A DNA stretch of 64,000 nt, from the NCBI GenBank assembly GCA_051294375.1, contig JBJCIZ010000224.1:6054-70053 (forward strand), read 5' to 3'. Shown here piece by piece: positions 1 to 11,869 of this stretch. The notes beneath the pieces were generated by a model. The model was not told the DNA's origin, searched no databases, and worked only from the letters and a program-made list of their open reading frames with translations. The position numbers and the translations under genes are program-made. Every line of letters starts with the position of its first letter. Position 1 is the first letter of the stretch. Source of the stretch: Paraspadella gotoi. Taxonomy: Eukaryota; Animalia; Chaetognatha.

Positions 1-181
1 GCGGAGAGAGGAGAAGAGGGAAAAAGAGAGGGAGAGAGGGAGGAGAAGAGAAAGTAATTAAGGAGGGAGGAAGGGAGAAAGAGAGAAGCGAAAAAAGGAG
101 GGAGGTAGGAATTTTATTAAAAAGGTCGGAGGAAAAGGAAGGAGAGAAGAGAGAGAATTAGGAGGAAAAAAAAGGATGGTT

Positions 182-223
<42 letters not shown>

Positions 224-328
224 GGAGTTAGAAAGAAAGTAAGAAGGAAGCAACATAGCAACATAGAAAGGTTTATTGAAATTTAGAAAAAAATAAATAA
301 ATAAAAATTATTCAAATTCCTACTAATA

Positions 329-415
329 TCATTTACGAAGATAAACCGGAATGTCTAATATTCTATAAAAGCGAGAAAGGGACGACAGAACAGAGACAAA
401 TCCGTCCGCAGCGCC

Positions 416-461
<46 letters not shown>

Positions 462-683
462 GAGAGAGAGGAGTTCGTCTTGAGAGTCCGGCTTCTCCGA
501 GGAAGCGAAGCGATGTCTGAATTCCTCCAATCAAGCTTCGAGGAAGCTTCGCTCGGCCGGCTGGGTGTGAGAGCGAACCTCGAGGCCCGCGCACGCCGCG
601 CATTGGCCGGCCGTCTCAATCGGCTGGCAGGACGAGACGCCGACGAAGGTCGACGACGACACGACGACGACGACGACGACTGA
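329..683 (-). CDS. Candidate coding exon, product and frame unknown
   Basis: GC-rich non-repetitive island preceded on the minus strand by an acceptor (cccagtttttcttcag|, AG at 685-684; tandem alternative AG 4 nt further). One frame is open 682->329 (QSSSSSSCRRRPSSASRPASRLRRPANARRARASRF...). Another reads VVVVSSSTFVGVSSCQPIETAGQCAACAGLEVRSHTQPAERSFLEA* with the stop at 531. Confidence 0.25.
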
Positions 684-1107
684 CTGAAGAAAAACTGGGA
701 CGGCGGAAAAAACGGATGCGTCAGGGTTCAGAAACAAAACGCAGGATCGCGAAGGCCCGAGCCGTCGCGGACGAGAGACGAGGAGAGCGAGACGATTGGG
801 AGAATTCGAGCGAGAGTGAGAGAGAGAGAGAGGACCGAGACGGGACATGAATAAAATGAATAAGAGAGAAAGACGTTGAGCAGAGAAGACGTTGAACCCA
901 AAAAACGTGAACAAATACACATGCAACCAAAAAAAAAAAATCAACCGCCCCGAAAAAAAAATTAAAGAGTTCAAAACTTATTTACGATTTCGCGAAAACC
1001 GGAATTTAATTTTTCTTTTTTTTTTTCTTTTTATTTCTTTTTTTATCGAATTTTTTTTTGTGTCCCAATTTTCTATCTGCGTTCACTGAGAATTTCCTCC
1101 TCTGAGT

Positions 1108-1132
1108 NNNNNNNNNNNNNNNNNNNNNNNNN
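1108..1132. other. Exactly 25-N gap, the first of six (others 10837-10861, 17560-17584, 23959-23983, 50768-50792, 58541-58565); long-read gap-filler placeholder
   Basis: Counted 25 N in each. PBJelly-type gap filling leaves 25-N placeholders. At 50768 the flank taaaggaaggaag(t)tgaatgcgatga is duplicated on both sides of the gap but single in the inverted copy at ~55180-55205. Confidence 0.75.
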
Positions 1133-1676
1133 GTTTTTTTTTTATCTTGGGTCGTCGTGATCCTGAATTATTTTTCTTCTCGTCAGTTAAGCGAATTTAA
1201 ATCTAAACGAACAAACTTTCGACTCAACAAAACTGTTCATTCTTTTTTTTTCTTTAAATTGAAATTTTTTTGTTTTTCTCCAAAAACATAAAAATGTTGG
1301 GAATTTCGAAGAAAGACGAATAATCAAGAAATTGAGAAGAACGATCGTCGCTGAGAAAGACGATTAACCAGGAAATTAAGAAGAACGATCGTCGCTACAC
1401 TTCGTCCTTCGTCGCCTTTTTTTTTTATTAAAGAAACAAAAAAATAAATAAATCCGACGACGAAACGGGAAAAAAAAATATCAGTGAGTATTACTATTAA
1501 ACTATTATTACTACTATTATTAATACTTTTGACGATTAAGCTCATCCGTTGGCTTTTTTTCGGTCGAACCCACGGCCGTTCATCCATTTTTATCCTTAAA
1601 CTCGAAAAGCAACTGAAAAAGTTAAAAGGGAAAAAAGATGTTGTGGAACGCGATACTTAACTTTTTTCCCATTCAT

Positions 1677-1808
<132 letters not shown>

Positions 1809-2194
1809 CTCGCTCTTCCGCATATGACGTCGACGACATATAAAAACTTTTCCCTCTCGCTCTCTCTCTCTCAATCGACGTACTACTATTCGCAAGCGCT
1901 TTTCACTCGCTCTCTATCGTTGCTTCCCGCCAAAACAGAGGCAGAGAGAAAAAGAGAGAGAGAGCGAGAGAGAGAGAGGTTTCTAGTGAAGGAAACAAAA
2001 GNNNNNNNNNNNNNNNNNNNNNNNNNNNNNNNNNNNNNNNNNNNNNNNNNNNNNNNNNNNNNNNNNNNNNNNNNNNNNNNNNNNNNNNNNNNNNNNNNNN
2101 NNNNNNNNNNNNNNNNNNNNNNNNNNNNNNNNNNNNNNNNNNNNNNNNNNNNNNNNNNNNNNNNNNNNNNNNNNNNNNNNNNNNNNNNNNNNNN

Positions 2195-2231
<37 letters not shown>

Positions 2232-2236
2232 CTTAC

Positions 2237-2258
2237 GCAAGGTTAGGCGGAGAATTAT
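2237..2258 (-). CDS. Candidate 22-nt micro-exon
   Basis: Minus strand reads aaaacttttcag|ATAATTCTCCGCCTAACCTTGC|gtaagtga, i.e. a consensus acceptor and a perfect GTAAGT donor 22 nt apart. Reads IILRLTL or (D)NSPPNL(A) depending on phase. A further donor AAG|gtaagc lies at ~2758-2765 next to a gap. Confidence 0.35.
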
Positions 2259-2711
2259 CTGAAAAGTTTTGCATGACGGATATGATACTGAAGTCTGAAG
2301 CCAAAAATAAAGTTTTTCTTTTTCAAAGCAGAAACGATGAAGGGAAATAGAGACAGCGAGTATTATTTAATTTAGTTATAATTATTATATAGTCATACAA
2401 GTTTATATACATTTTAATTACATCTCACAAAATTTTTCTTACATTATACATAAATATTTTCGACTTTTGTTGCATTAAAATTAAATGTGTATAGGCGATT
2501 ATGTAAATTGTACAGAATTGAGAAATTCGTTAAGATTTTGTGGTTAAAACAACCATGAATTTTCTTTCTCAATCTTTATCGAATCTATCTGTCAGTCCGT
2601 CGGTTCGTCTGTTGGTGCACCCATCAGCCTCTCTCTCTCTCTGTTTTCCATTTCTGATGTATCGATAGCGCTCTCTCTCTCACTCTCAGAAACGCCCACG
2701 CATTTTGTCAG

Positions 2712-2755
2712 CTGATTGGAAAGAAACTTGGCGGGCGAGGCGGGAGTCCACGTGA
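2712..2755. promoter_or_regulatory. Dense cluster of promoter-type motifs (CCAAT box, two E2F-like sites, E-box)
   Basis: CTGATTGG (reverse CCAATCAG) 2712-2719, TTGGCGGG 2728-2735, GGCGGGA 2739-2745 and CACGTG 2749-2754, all within 44 bp. Motif matches only. Confidence 0.3.
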
Positions 2756-2816
2756 TGCTTACCTTTTTACAATAATCNNNNNNNNNNNNNNNNNNNNNNN
2801 NNNNNNNNTCTCTCAC

Positions 2817-2908
2817 CTGACCCCATCGCCCACGTACCATCATCTCGGATTCCCTTGTGTCTTCTTCCTGAGAATGAGGTCTCATACTTTGCCGGCCGCC
2901 GCCGCCGC

Positions 2909-2939
<31 letters not shown>

Positions 2940-3047
2940 GCCGCCGCCGCCGCTGCTGCCACCGCCTCCGACACGCCTTTTCTTTGAGTTTTTTCGCCAC
3001 CTTGCTCAACATAGTTCTTGGACCACCGCTACCGCCCTGTCCGTTCC
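2817..3047 (-). CDS. Candidate exon containing a (GGC)n tract (poly-Gly or poly-Ala), possibly frameshifted by read errors
   Basis: Weak acceptor tcaccag| at 3048-3049, donor CAG|gtgaga at 2815-2816, (GCC)n at 2895-2955. Pieces of different frames read GNGQGGSGGPRTMLSKVAKKLK and KKRRVGGGGSSGGGG...RQSMRPHSQEEDTRESEMM. Confidence 0.25.
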
Positions 3048-4767
3048 CTGGTGATTAGACAGTCCCCTTAAATTGTTAATACTCTTACTCAGCCTCACTC
3101 TTCTGTCCTTTGTCCCGCAGCTCTTCTCTCTCCCTCTCTCTCTCTCTCCCTCTACCGTCTCGAGCTATAAATAGATTTCGTCCCTAGTCGTTCGTGAGAA
3201 AGACGCCTCCAAGTTTCGACGGAGGCAGAAGGGAATTATAAAAAAAGGGTTAAGCAAAGAGGGGAATTTATTGTTAATATATGGGTGTTTTTTTTTTAAA
3301 TATTATTGTAAGGATATTCACAGTTTTGGAGAAGGCGCGTTGTTTTGCTTTGGTCTCCGAGAAGAAAGAAAGTTGGAAAGTGAAAAAAAAATAAAGAAAG
3401 AAAGAACGAAAGAAAGATAGAAAATAAAGAAAAGAGAGAAAGAAAAAAGGAAAGAAAAAAAAGAAAGAAAGTAACAAACAAACAAAAGAAAGAATGAATG
3501 AAATNNNNNNNNNNNNNNNNNNNNNNNNNNNNNNNNNNNNNNNNNNNNNNNNNNNNNNNNNNNNNNNNNNNNNNNNNNNNNNNNNNNNNNNNNNNNNNNN
3601 NNNNNNNNNNNNNNNNNNNNNNNNNNNNNNNNNNNNNNNNNNNNNNNNNNNNNNNNNNNNNNNNNNNNNNNNNNNNNNNNNNNNNNNNNNNNNNNNNNNN
3701 NNNNNNNNNNNNNNNNNNNNNNNNNNNNNNNNNNNNNNNNNNNNNNNNNNNNAGAAAAATAAAATAAAGAAAAGTAAAATAATGTAAAGAAAGGAAAAGA
3801 AAAGAAAAAAAAGAAAACAAAACAAAAGAAAAGTAAAATAAAAAAGAAAAGAAAAGTAAAATAAAGAAAAGAAAAGTAAAATAAAAAAGAAAAGAAAAGA
3901 AAAGAAAAGAAGAGAAAAGTAAAAAAATGAAAAGAATAGAAAAGAAATGTAAAAGAAAAAAATAAAAGAAAAGAAAANNNNNNNNNNNNNNNNNNNNNNN
4001 NNNNNNNNNNNNNNNNNNNNNNNNNNNNNNNNNNNNNNNNNNNNNNNNNNNNNNNNNNNNNNNNNNNNNNNNNNNNNNNNNNNNNNNNNNNNNNNNNNNN
4101 NNNNNNNNNNNNNNNNNNNNNNNNNNNNNNNNNNNNNNNNNNNNNNNNNNNNNNNNNNNNNNNNNNNNNNNNNNNNNNNNNNNNNNNNNNNNNNNNNNNN
4201 NNNNNNNNNNNNNNNNNNNNNNNNNNNNNNNNNNNNNNNNNNNNNNNNNNNNNNNNNNNNNNNNNNNNNNNNNNNNNNNNNNNNNNNNNNNNNNNNNNNN
4301 NNNNNNNNNNNNNNNNNNNNNNNNNNNNNNNNNNNNNNNNNNNNNNNNNNNNNNNNNNNNNNNNNNNNNNNNNNNNNNNNNNNNNNNNNNNNNNNNNNNN
4401 NNNNNNNNNNNNNNNNNNNNNNNNNNNNNNNNNNNNNNNNNNNNNNNNNNNNNNNNNNNNNNNNNNNNNNNNNNNNNNNNNNNNNNNNNNNNNNNNNNNN
4501 NNNNNNNNNNNNNNNNNNNNNNNNNNNNNNNNNNNNNNNNNNNNNNNNNNNNNNNNNNNNNNNNNNNNNNNNNNNNNNNNNNNNNNNNNNNNNNNNNNNN
4601 NNNNNNNNNNNNNNNNNNNNNNNNNNNNNNNNNNNNNNNNNNNNNNNNNNNNNNNNNNNNNNNNNNNNNNNNNNNNNNNNNNNNNNNNNNNNNNNNNNNN
4701 NNNNNNNNNNNNNNNNNNNNNNNNNNNNNNNNNNNNNNNNNNNNNNNNATAGAAAAGTCGACTCTCC

Positions 4768-4874
4768 TTGCGTCATTTGAATTGGCGTTGATGCAGGGAA
4801 CGCGGGCGCGTCGGGGAACGGGCGACGCCTTTCGCCTTAGCAACGGCGTTGCCAAGGTTCATCTCCATAGCAAC
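4768..4874. promoter_or_regulatory. Cluster of RFX X-box motifs with adjacent CRE-like, CHR and CCAAT motifs (putative promoter fragment)
   Basis: ATCTCCATAGCAAC 4861-4874 fits the X-box consensus RTHNYY-WT-RRNRAC. TTCGCCTTAGCAAC 4831-4844 has 1 mismatch. GTTGCCAAGG half-site from 4848. Also TTGCGTCA 4768-4775, TTTGAA 4776-4781 and ATTGG 4781-4785. The island is 144 bp, GC-rich and lies between gaps. Confidence 0.45.
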
Positions 4875-5351
4875 CAGAGCGTGCCTCGCCTCANNNNNNN
4901 NNNNNNNNNNNNNNNNNNNNNNNNNNNNNNNNNNNNNNNNNNNNNNNNNNNNNNNNNNNNNNNNNNNNNNNNNNNNNNNNNNNNNNNNNNNNNNNNNNNN
5001 NNNNNNNNNNNNNNNNNNNNNNNNNNNNNNNNNNNNNNNNNNNNNNNNNNNNNNNNNNNNNNNNNNNNNNNNNNNNNNNNNNNNNNNNNNNNNNNNNNNN
5101 NNNNNNNTCGATTTATCCCTGTTGTTTTGGTCACTTGTTAATGGAGCTCTTTTCAGATTTTCGCCCGTTAGGAAAAAAAAGGTTCTGCTTTTTTTTTGTG
5201 GTCGTCGAAACGAACAAGTTCCTAACTAAGGCTGAGTCGTTGTTGTTGTTGTTTCTATTTTATAGTATTTAATTTTGTTTCTTTTTCTTGTTTCTTTCTT
5301 TTTTATGATTAAGTGTCGGTGGTCGATGTGAGAATCGTCGTCTTTGTGGAA

Positions 5352-5442
5352 GGAACTTTGTCAGAAAATGACAACTATAGAAGACGACAGAATTTGAAAT
5401 GACAATCCGACAAATGACTAACCGACAAGGTGGCAGAGTTCC
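5352..5442. mobile_element. Possible 91-bp MITE
   Basis: Termini GGAACTTTGTCA / TGGCAGAGTTCC are inverted repeats (10/12), with AA on both flanks (possible 2-bp TSD) and internal (T/C)GACAA repeats. Only one copy in the window. Confidence 0.3.
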
Positions 5443-5979
5443 AACCAATAAAAAAGAACGGAGGAGCGAACGAACAAAAGGGCAACGCGACCGGACGAAT
5501 GGACGCCGAATTTGGTGGAAAACCGATAAAAGGATAAAAAAAAGGGAAAAAGGGAAAAAATGGAGGAATTAGGCGCGAGGACGAAAAAAAAGGGTGAGGG
5601 GTGAGAGCTTTCTCTCTCTCTGTCTCTCTCTCTCTCTCTCGCTCTCTCTGTCTCTCTCTCTCGCTGTCTCTCTCTCCCTCCTTCTTCTTTTCTTTTTCAT
5701 CTCATTCATTCTTCCCTCTTTTTCTTCTTTCTCTTTTTGGTTGAGAAAATAAAATGGCTTCGGCAGGAAAAGAAANNNNNNNNNNNNNNNNNNNNNNNNN
5801 NNNNNNNNNNNNNNNNNNNNNNNNNNNNNNNNNNNNNNNNNNNNNNNNNNNNNNNNNNNNNNNNNNNNNNNNNNNNNNNNNNNNNNNNNNNNNNNNNNNN
5901 NNNNNNNNNNNNNNNNNNNNNNNNNNNNNNNNNNNNNNNNNNGAGAGAGAGAGAGAGAGAGAGAGAGAGTGAGAGAAAC

Positions 5980-8900
5980 CAGGTGGCACTTGAGAAGTTC
6001 AACGTAATTGTGTTTTTGGGTCGAACGGCGATTTAAAAACCTGGGGTGCGAGGAATGATTTCGAGTCAGACTCGGTGTGATATTGGCTGACTTCATGGGA
6101 GAAAAATGGAGTTAGTAAGTGATTAAGGTGAATGACATTTCTGTCATCTCTATGATTAACTCTGTACAATCCTTCTCTCTTGATCACAAGCGTGTAAGAG
6201 GCAGAACTGACAGTGCATAATCTCCGGTACATCTACATAACTGGAACTTGTGTAGAGAGCATAACTGACATGCCCGTGGAATTGAACATATAAGTCTTGG
6301 TCATGTTCTGTCAATATGACTATGGATTATAGATGGATGTGGATGAATGACATTGTCACGTTGCATATCTTATGGAATTTAAGAGATGATGTGAGATTGA
6401 GAATCGATATTCTATCATAGTATGATGAATTGATATGGGCGATGAGTGAATTGGACCATATTATCTAGTTGTCATAAATGATTGGGATGCGTTCTGTATC
6501 GCATTGTAGAGTCTTACACATCATGCAAATAATCAACGATATCGTTACTGAAGTTCCATATTCGTCGTGTCGAGTCGAGTCGAGAGTTCTCCTGTGGGTC
6601 ATGGTACCACGTCTCCATGTTTATATCAATCAGTCATGATCAGTGCGATACTATTCAGCACATTTCACATTACATTCTGGGTTGGGGAGTGTCAGAAATT
6701 TTCAATATTAGCAGAATTTCGACATCCCCTATCATGTCTAGTTGACCAACCAGGTTGACCTATGAGCTCACACTCACAGATGTTCCATGGACTATCGACA
6801 TCTCCAAGTCGATCCGCATATCCCTAGCGGGGAATACGCATCGAGGATGGCACGTAAAATCATTGAGGGCTTCTAGGAGACACTACAGCCCTGTGTGCTA
6901 TCAAGACTCGGATCCATGCCGTTCCATGAGTGCAAGATCGATGGGGTTTGCTACTTGCCAAGATTCATCACCTTCTGGCCGGACCAACTCCTGGATCGTG
7001 CACTCATCGGCCAATCGCTCCATGAATCGTCACCTAAGCGCGACGGCGACTTCGTGAAACCCCGAAACGAGAGAGTCCGCGAAATTATACTTCACGTCGT
7101 CAAGTGATTTGGATATTTGTGACGAGATCGTCGCTACGGATCACACGTTACTGTCCAGGAGGTCTGTCGCGACAGTAGTCTCTCTTAATATAGAATAGTA
7201 GAGAAAAACACCTCATGCTACACATTAAACGTATTTAAAATCTATCCACAGTATAATTTATTTGGTTTTATTGTTACTGGGACTTCTTGCGGTCCTACAA
7301 TTTCATATGTACCGCTTAAAATCTATTTTATATTGTATATTGCGTTACAAACATGATTCGCAAGGACAGAGACTCAGCCTTTAAAGCGTTCGCTTCGCTC
7401 CTCGCAGTCTTTTGGGAGGAGTACCTTCGAGGCAGAGACGATATCGATGAGAGCACGCAGTAGAGCAGATGACGAGAGAGAGAGAGATCGAGAGAGAGAG
7501 AGAGAGAGAGAGAAGAGAGAGAGGAGAGAGAGAGTCCACGTCGTCATCTCTCTCTCTCTCTCTGACGGTCTCTCTCTCACGCTCGTACACATCTCTCGCC
7601 TCCGTTTTTAATGAGCAGAATGCCACAGTTAAGGCGGCGCGCCGCCCGGATGCGATCGAATACGGATGCATGCAACTACAATTCCGTGTACAAGCTGAGT
7701 CGGATTTTGAATCACGTGTGTATCCCTCTCCAGATGGGCTGGGTGGGTAGGCGGAGTCTTCGGCACGCAGTGTATGCGCCGAGAAAAATTCGGGAGAGGG
7801 CTGATTGAACTGAGACGCTACTCACGTGAAGACAGGACATATAACCTCATCTGACTTTGCTCGACCACGCTAGAACCTGAGGAAAAGGGAGGAGAACCCT
7901 TCTCAATCATGAGAGTATACGCCGAGGGAGACGAGTAGCGAAGACGAAATGGGAGGAGAAGAGCAGGATCAAGGAGGACAATACAGCTTTGAGAAATCCG
8001 GGCTGTGCGGTATACTTCCGCATGGCACAGGTATGGCGTAGCCTCTAGCTGGATCACGGCGCGCCTTACAGGTTATCTATAATCAAGAACCCTACACGAA
8101 CCCGGTAAGCCTTGCGGTCCACTATGTGTTGCGCCGCCGAGATGTAAACTGCTCCCATCTTCGATCTTGGTACCTCTCTCCCTCTCGTTGCATTGACCAT
8201 TCGACATACGGGGGAGAACTTTGGTACCTGGACAGGACTGTACTTTTCCTTAGCTCGGTATTATTTAATACATGGCACGTAGAAATTGCAATTCGGAAAT
8301 CTGTCACAATTCGTACCATTTTCGATTCTAATATTTTTTTTAGTTCGTTGGTACGCTCCTTTTAAGATTCGGTCCTGACTAACGTTCTTCTGTGTCCTTG
8401 GCCCTGGTTCTCCAGTCTAGTCCTACCCGCATTTTGGTCCTAAACTCCTCGGGTTCTCGTTTCCTCTTTATTTCCTCCAAGTTTTTCCTCTCTTTTTCTT
8501 TTTCCCCTTTTTACCGAATCTTTTGACGGTTTGTTCTTTCTTCTGCTTGTCCCTTGATTTCTACCATACCCTAATATGCCTTCATATGACCTTCAGATGT
8601 GTACAATATTAAAATGGCCCAATCAGCCCTACACAATTCTCTAACTTACATAGAGTTTTAATCACGATGTTGTCATTGTGTGTCACTTTTTGAGTTTGGG
8701 GCAGTTTAGTATCTTTTTCTCTTGTCCCTCTGTCTAGTACCCACGAGTCCGTACCACCAGTGGCGATCCCCGGTATAGAAAGACCCGACATACGCGGCTC
8801 CGAACCCGAAAGTGCACCATTCTTCCAAGATATCCTTAGAGATTACTTCTCTTCTCCTCCTCCGAAGTACGTCTCTGGCGTCTTGGCGCAAGATAATTCC

Positions 8901-9930
8901 TCCTCAGTCCTTCGCGTCGTATCTCTCCAACAAAAATATATTGCCCCGCCACAGGTTGTAAAATCTAATCGATATACCATCTCATATATGCTTGGTCTTT
9001 GGCAGTCGAGGGGACGATCGACAGGCATCCTCCCGAAATTCTTCCGCATATGCCCATGATGTCAACTCGATCGGAGGAGATGGAGAGGAAGAGGAGAGCC
9101 CGCCATCAGTCGTCACGGCCGCATACGCGATGACGAAATCGGAGACACGCCGGGGCAAACAGGATGAGATCCGTCGAGTCTCTCATCGATCGATCTCTCT
9201 CGATCTCTACGTCGTCCATCATCATCTCTGCGATCGACGTCGTCGTCTTCGTCTTCTCGGACGCACGTCTCGCGCATCTCTCATCTCTCTCGATCCTCCC
9301 GTCGCTCCAGCGTCGTCGTCGCATTCACTCAGAGCGTCGATGTTGTCGCTGGCGAGATGAGGGCCAGAGCGCAAGGGTCGAGCGAGAGATAGAGGAAAAG
9401 AAAGAAAGAAAAGAGAAAGAAAAAAAAAAGAGGAAAAAAGGAAATATGATCAGATGGACAGCGGCGAGAACGGAGGTGTGGACGAGAACGAGAGTGGGAG
9501 CCATTTGACATAACAATCAAGCTCGTGCAGTCTTTCACACAGCGGCTTCGCGCGTCGATAGAAGATCAATCTGGAGGCCAAGAATGATCGCCAGGCGTCG
9601 GTGGACACTGAGGAGAGTAGTGGTCGGAGCCTGGAGAAGCGAAATGTATGGCATTTCGACAGAGCGCGCAGGGAACTGTCGATGCTAATTGGCAGCGAGA
9701 GGCGACAATGACAGAGAACGATGAGACATCGGAGCGGAAGGAAGGGCAGGGGGTGGCGAGAACGGCGTGTGGCAGGCGCGGGGTAAAATGAAAAATAAAA
9801 AACAAAAAAAAGAAAGAAGAAAAAAAGAAACTAAAAAGAAGAAAAAACAAAGAAAAAAAAAAAAAGAAAAGAAAAAAAAAAAAAAAAAAAAAAAAAAACC
9901 AAAAAAAAATAAAAACAAGAAAAAAAAAAA

Positions 9931-9963
<33 letters not shown>

Positions 9964-10836
9964 AAAAAATAAAAAAAAAAAAAAAAAAAAAAAAACAAAA
10001 AAAAAAGAAAAAAAAAAAAAAAACAGAAAAAAAAAAAAAAAAAAAAAAGAAGAAAAGAAAAGGAAAAAAAAAGAAAAAAAATAAAAAAAAAAAAAAAAAA
10101 AAAAAAAATAAAGACAACAAAGAATAAACAAAAAAAACAGAAATAAAAAGAAATAAATAAAAAAAAAAAAAAAAAAATAATAAAAAATAATCGCGACGAG
10201 GGGGCGCTGTACGGACTGCTGTCGCGCTGAATAGACAAATATCAGCGAACGCGGTAAAGAGAGATAAATCGCAAGAAAGAAAGAAAACGTTTTGAGCGGG
10301 AGTGTTTTGGTGGTGGCTGTTTTTTTGTTTTTGTTGTTGGTTTTTTGTTCCTGCCGCGTCTTGGTAGTTGTATTGCGCTTTTTTTTTTTTTTTTTTTTTT
10401 TTTAGTCGGACAGCCGCGCATAATGATCTCCCCGCGCTACGTCGGGCCCCGCAGTTCGCTCTCCGTCCTGACGTATCTGCTAATGTGTCTTTTCGTCTCT
10501 CGTCAGCTCGTCTCTTCGTCATGTTGCTTTGTCTTTCTCGCTCGCCGCTCTTCCTCCTTCTCTTTATTTCTTCCCCTTTCCTCTTTCTTCTTTCTCTGTC
10601 TTCTCTCTCTCTTCTCTTTTCGTCCTTTTCGCGTCCTCCTCCCTTCTCTGTCCTCCCCCGTTCTCCCTCTTCTCTCTCCTTGTTCCTCCCCTCCTTCGTT
10701 TCTCCTTCCTCAGTATCTCCCTTCTCTTTTTCTCTTCTTTCGCTTCACTCTTCAACTGGCTTATCGATTCTCATTCGCGTCACGTTCTGCATCATTTTCG
10801 GATGTTCGGACCTGCCTCTGCTCCAACGTGCCTGTC
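5980..10836. other. Low-accuracy long-read fill: degraded copy of block F (59.8-60.3 kb), then probable reverse complement of block B, then an A-rich run (9790-10190)
   Basis: gagcataactgacatgccc at ~6257-6275 matches 59953-59972. cttcgtgaaaccccgaaac at ~7050 matches rc of 62480-62500. 8280-8345 and 9200-9350 loosely match rc of 53550-53590 and 53110-53190. Confidence 0.55.
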
Positions 10837-11595
10837 NNNNNNNNNNNNNNNNNNNNNNNNNTCCAAGCCCAGGACCCGTTCCATGGCTGCTGAGGGGGCA
10901 CTGAAGGTACGACCTGGCGACCTGTCGTCCATCATCCATAATCAAACATGACATCGAAACAAACGAGAGTCCAAATATAAAACATGAATGGACAATAGAC
11001 ATGGAAATTAATCCAAGTCGTCTCAAATTCTCAAAACGAAAAAAAACATGTAAATTACGTTTTAAATTATCCAATAATTTATTGGGACGGTACTACAATT
11101 CATATGACGAAATATTTAATGTAAATTCGAAAAAGATCGAAGGACAGCAAAGCCTTTTAAAATCNNNNNNNNNNNNNNNNNNNNNNNNNNNNNNNNNNNN
11201 NNNNNNNNNNNNNNNNNNNNNNNNNNNNNNNNNNNNNNNNNNNNNNNNNNNNNNNNNNNNNNNNNNNNNNNNNNNNNNNNNNNNNNNNNNNNNNNNNNNN
11301 NNNNNNNNNNNNNNNNNNNNNNNNNNNNNNNNNNNNNNNNNNNNNNNNNNNNNNNNNNNNNNNNNNNNNNNNNNNNNNNNNNNNNNNNNNNNNNNNNNNN
11401 NNNNNNNNNNNNNNNNNNNNNNNNNNNNNNNNGGGAGCAGAGGGAAAGGTGGAAAAAATGGTGGTGGTGAAATAGTGAAAAGAAATAAATATTTCGAAGG
11501 ACGGGAAAGGGAGAGAATTAAAGACAAGGAAAGAAAAATAGAAAGGAAAGATAAGTTAGTGAAGCTTTTGAGAGAGTGATCCAATTATTAAAAAG

Positions 11596-11868
11596 AACAA
11601 GAACCGTAATTCAAATGTGTTGCGCCGCAGTGACTGCCTTATCACGTATATTTCTCGTGTCATGACATGACATAACATGACTACAATAACTTTCTTAGCT
11701 CGTATACTTATAACATGCACTGCATCAAAATTCCATCTTTTATTTCTTTTTTAGTTTTAAGATTTCCTGAAGGTGGCGCTCGCAGTCCCTTAGATTTGAG
11801 ATTTTTTGTCTTAACAAAATAGCAAACAACTATAGGCAAATTCTATGCATTTTAACGTAAGCGGGACA
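11596..11868 (-). mobile_element. Non-autonomous Helentron/DINE-1-like element (HINE), member 1, interrupted by a noisy fill
   Basis: Starts aacaagaaccg...GTTGCGCCGCAGTGAC as in the 51367 copy; shared core ctgcatcaaa...tgtcttaacaaaatagcaa...tgcattttaacgtaagcgggacag. Confidence 0.65.
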
Positions 11869-11869
11869 G

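Noticed and set aside
3274-4855. 500-aa ORFs (also 19411-20494 and 63155-63874)
   Set aside because: Mostly X residues from N gaps.
9566-10522. Poly-F/poly-K ORFs and a possible poly(A) retro-tail
   Set aside because: A ~400-bp A-rich run inside a low-quality fill; no TSD or upstream retroelement.
10862-10910. Exon end SKPRTRSMAAEGALK|gtacga on the + strand
   Set aside because: Too short, truncated by a gap, and the donor is weak.
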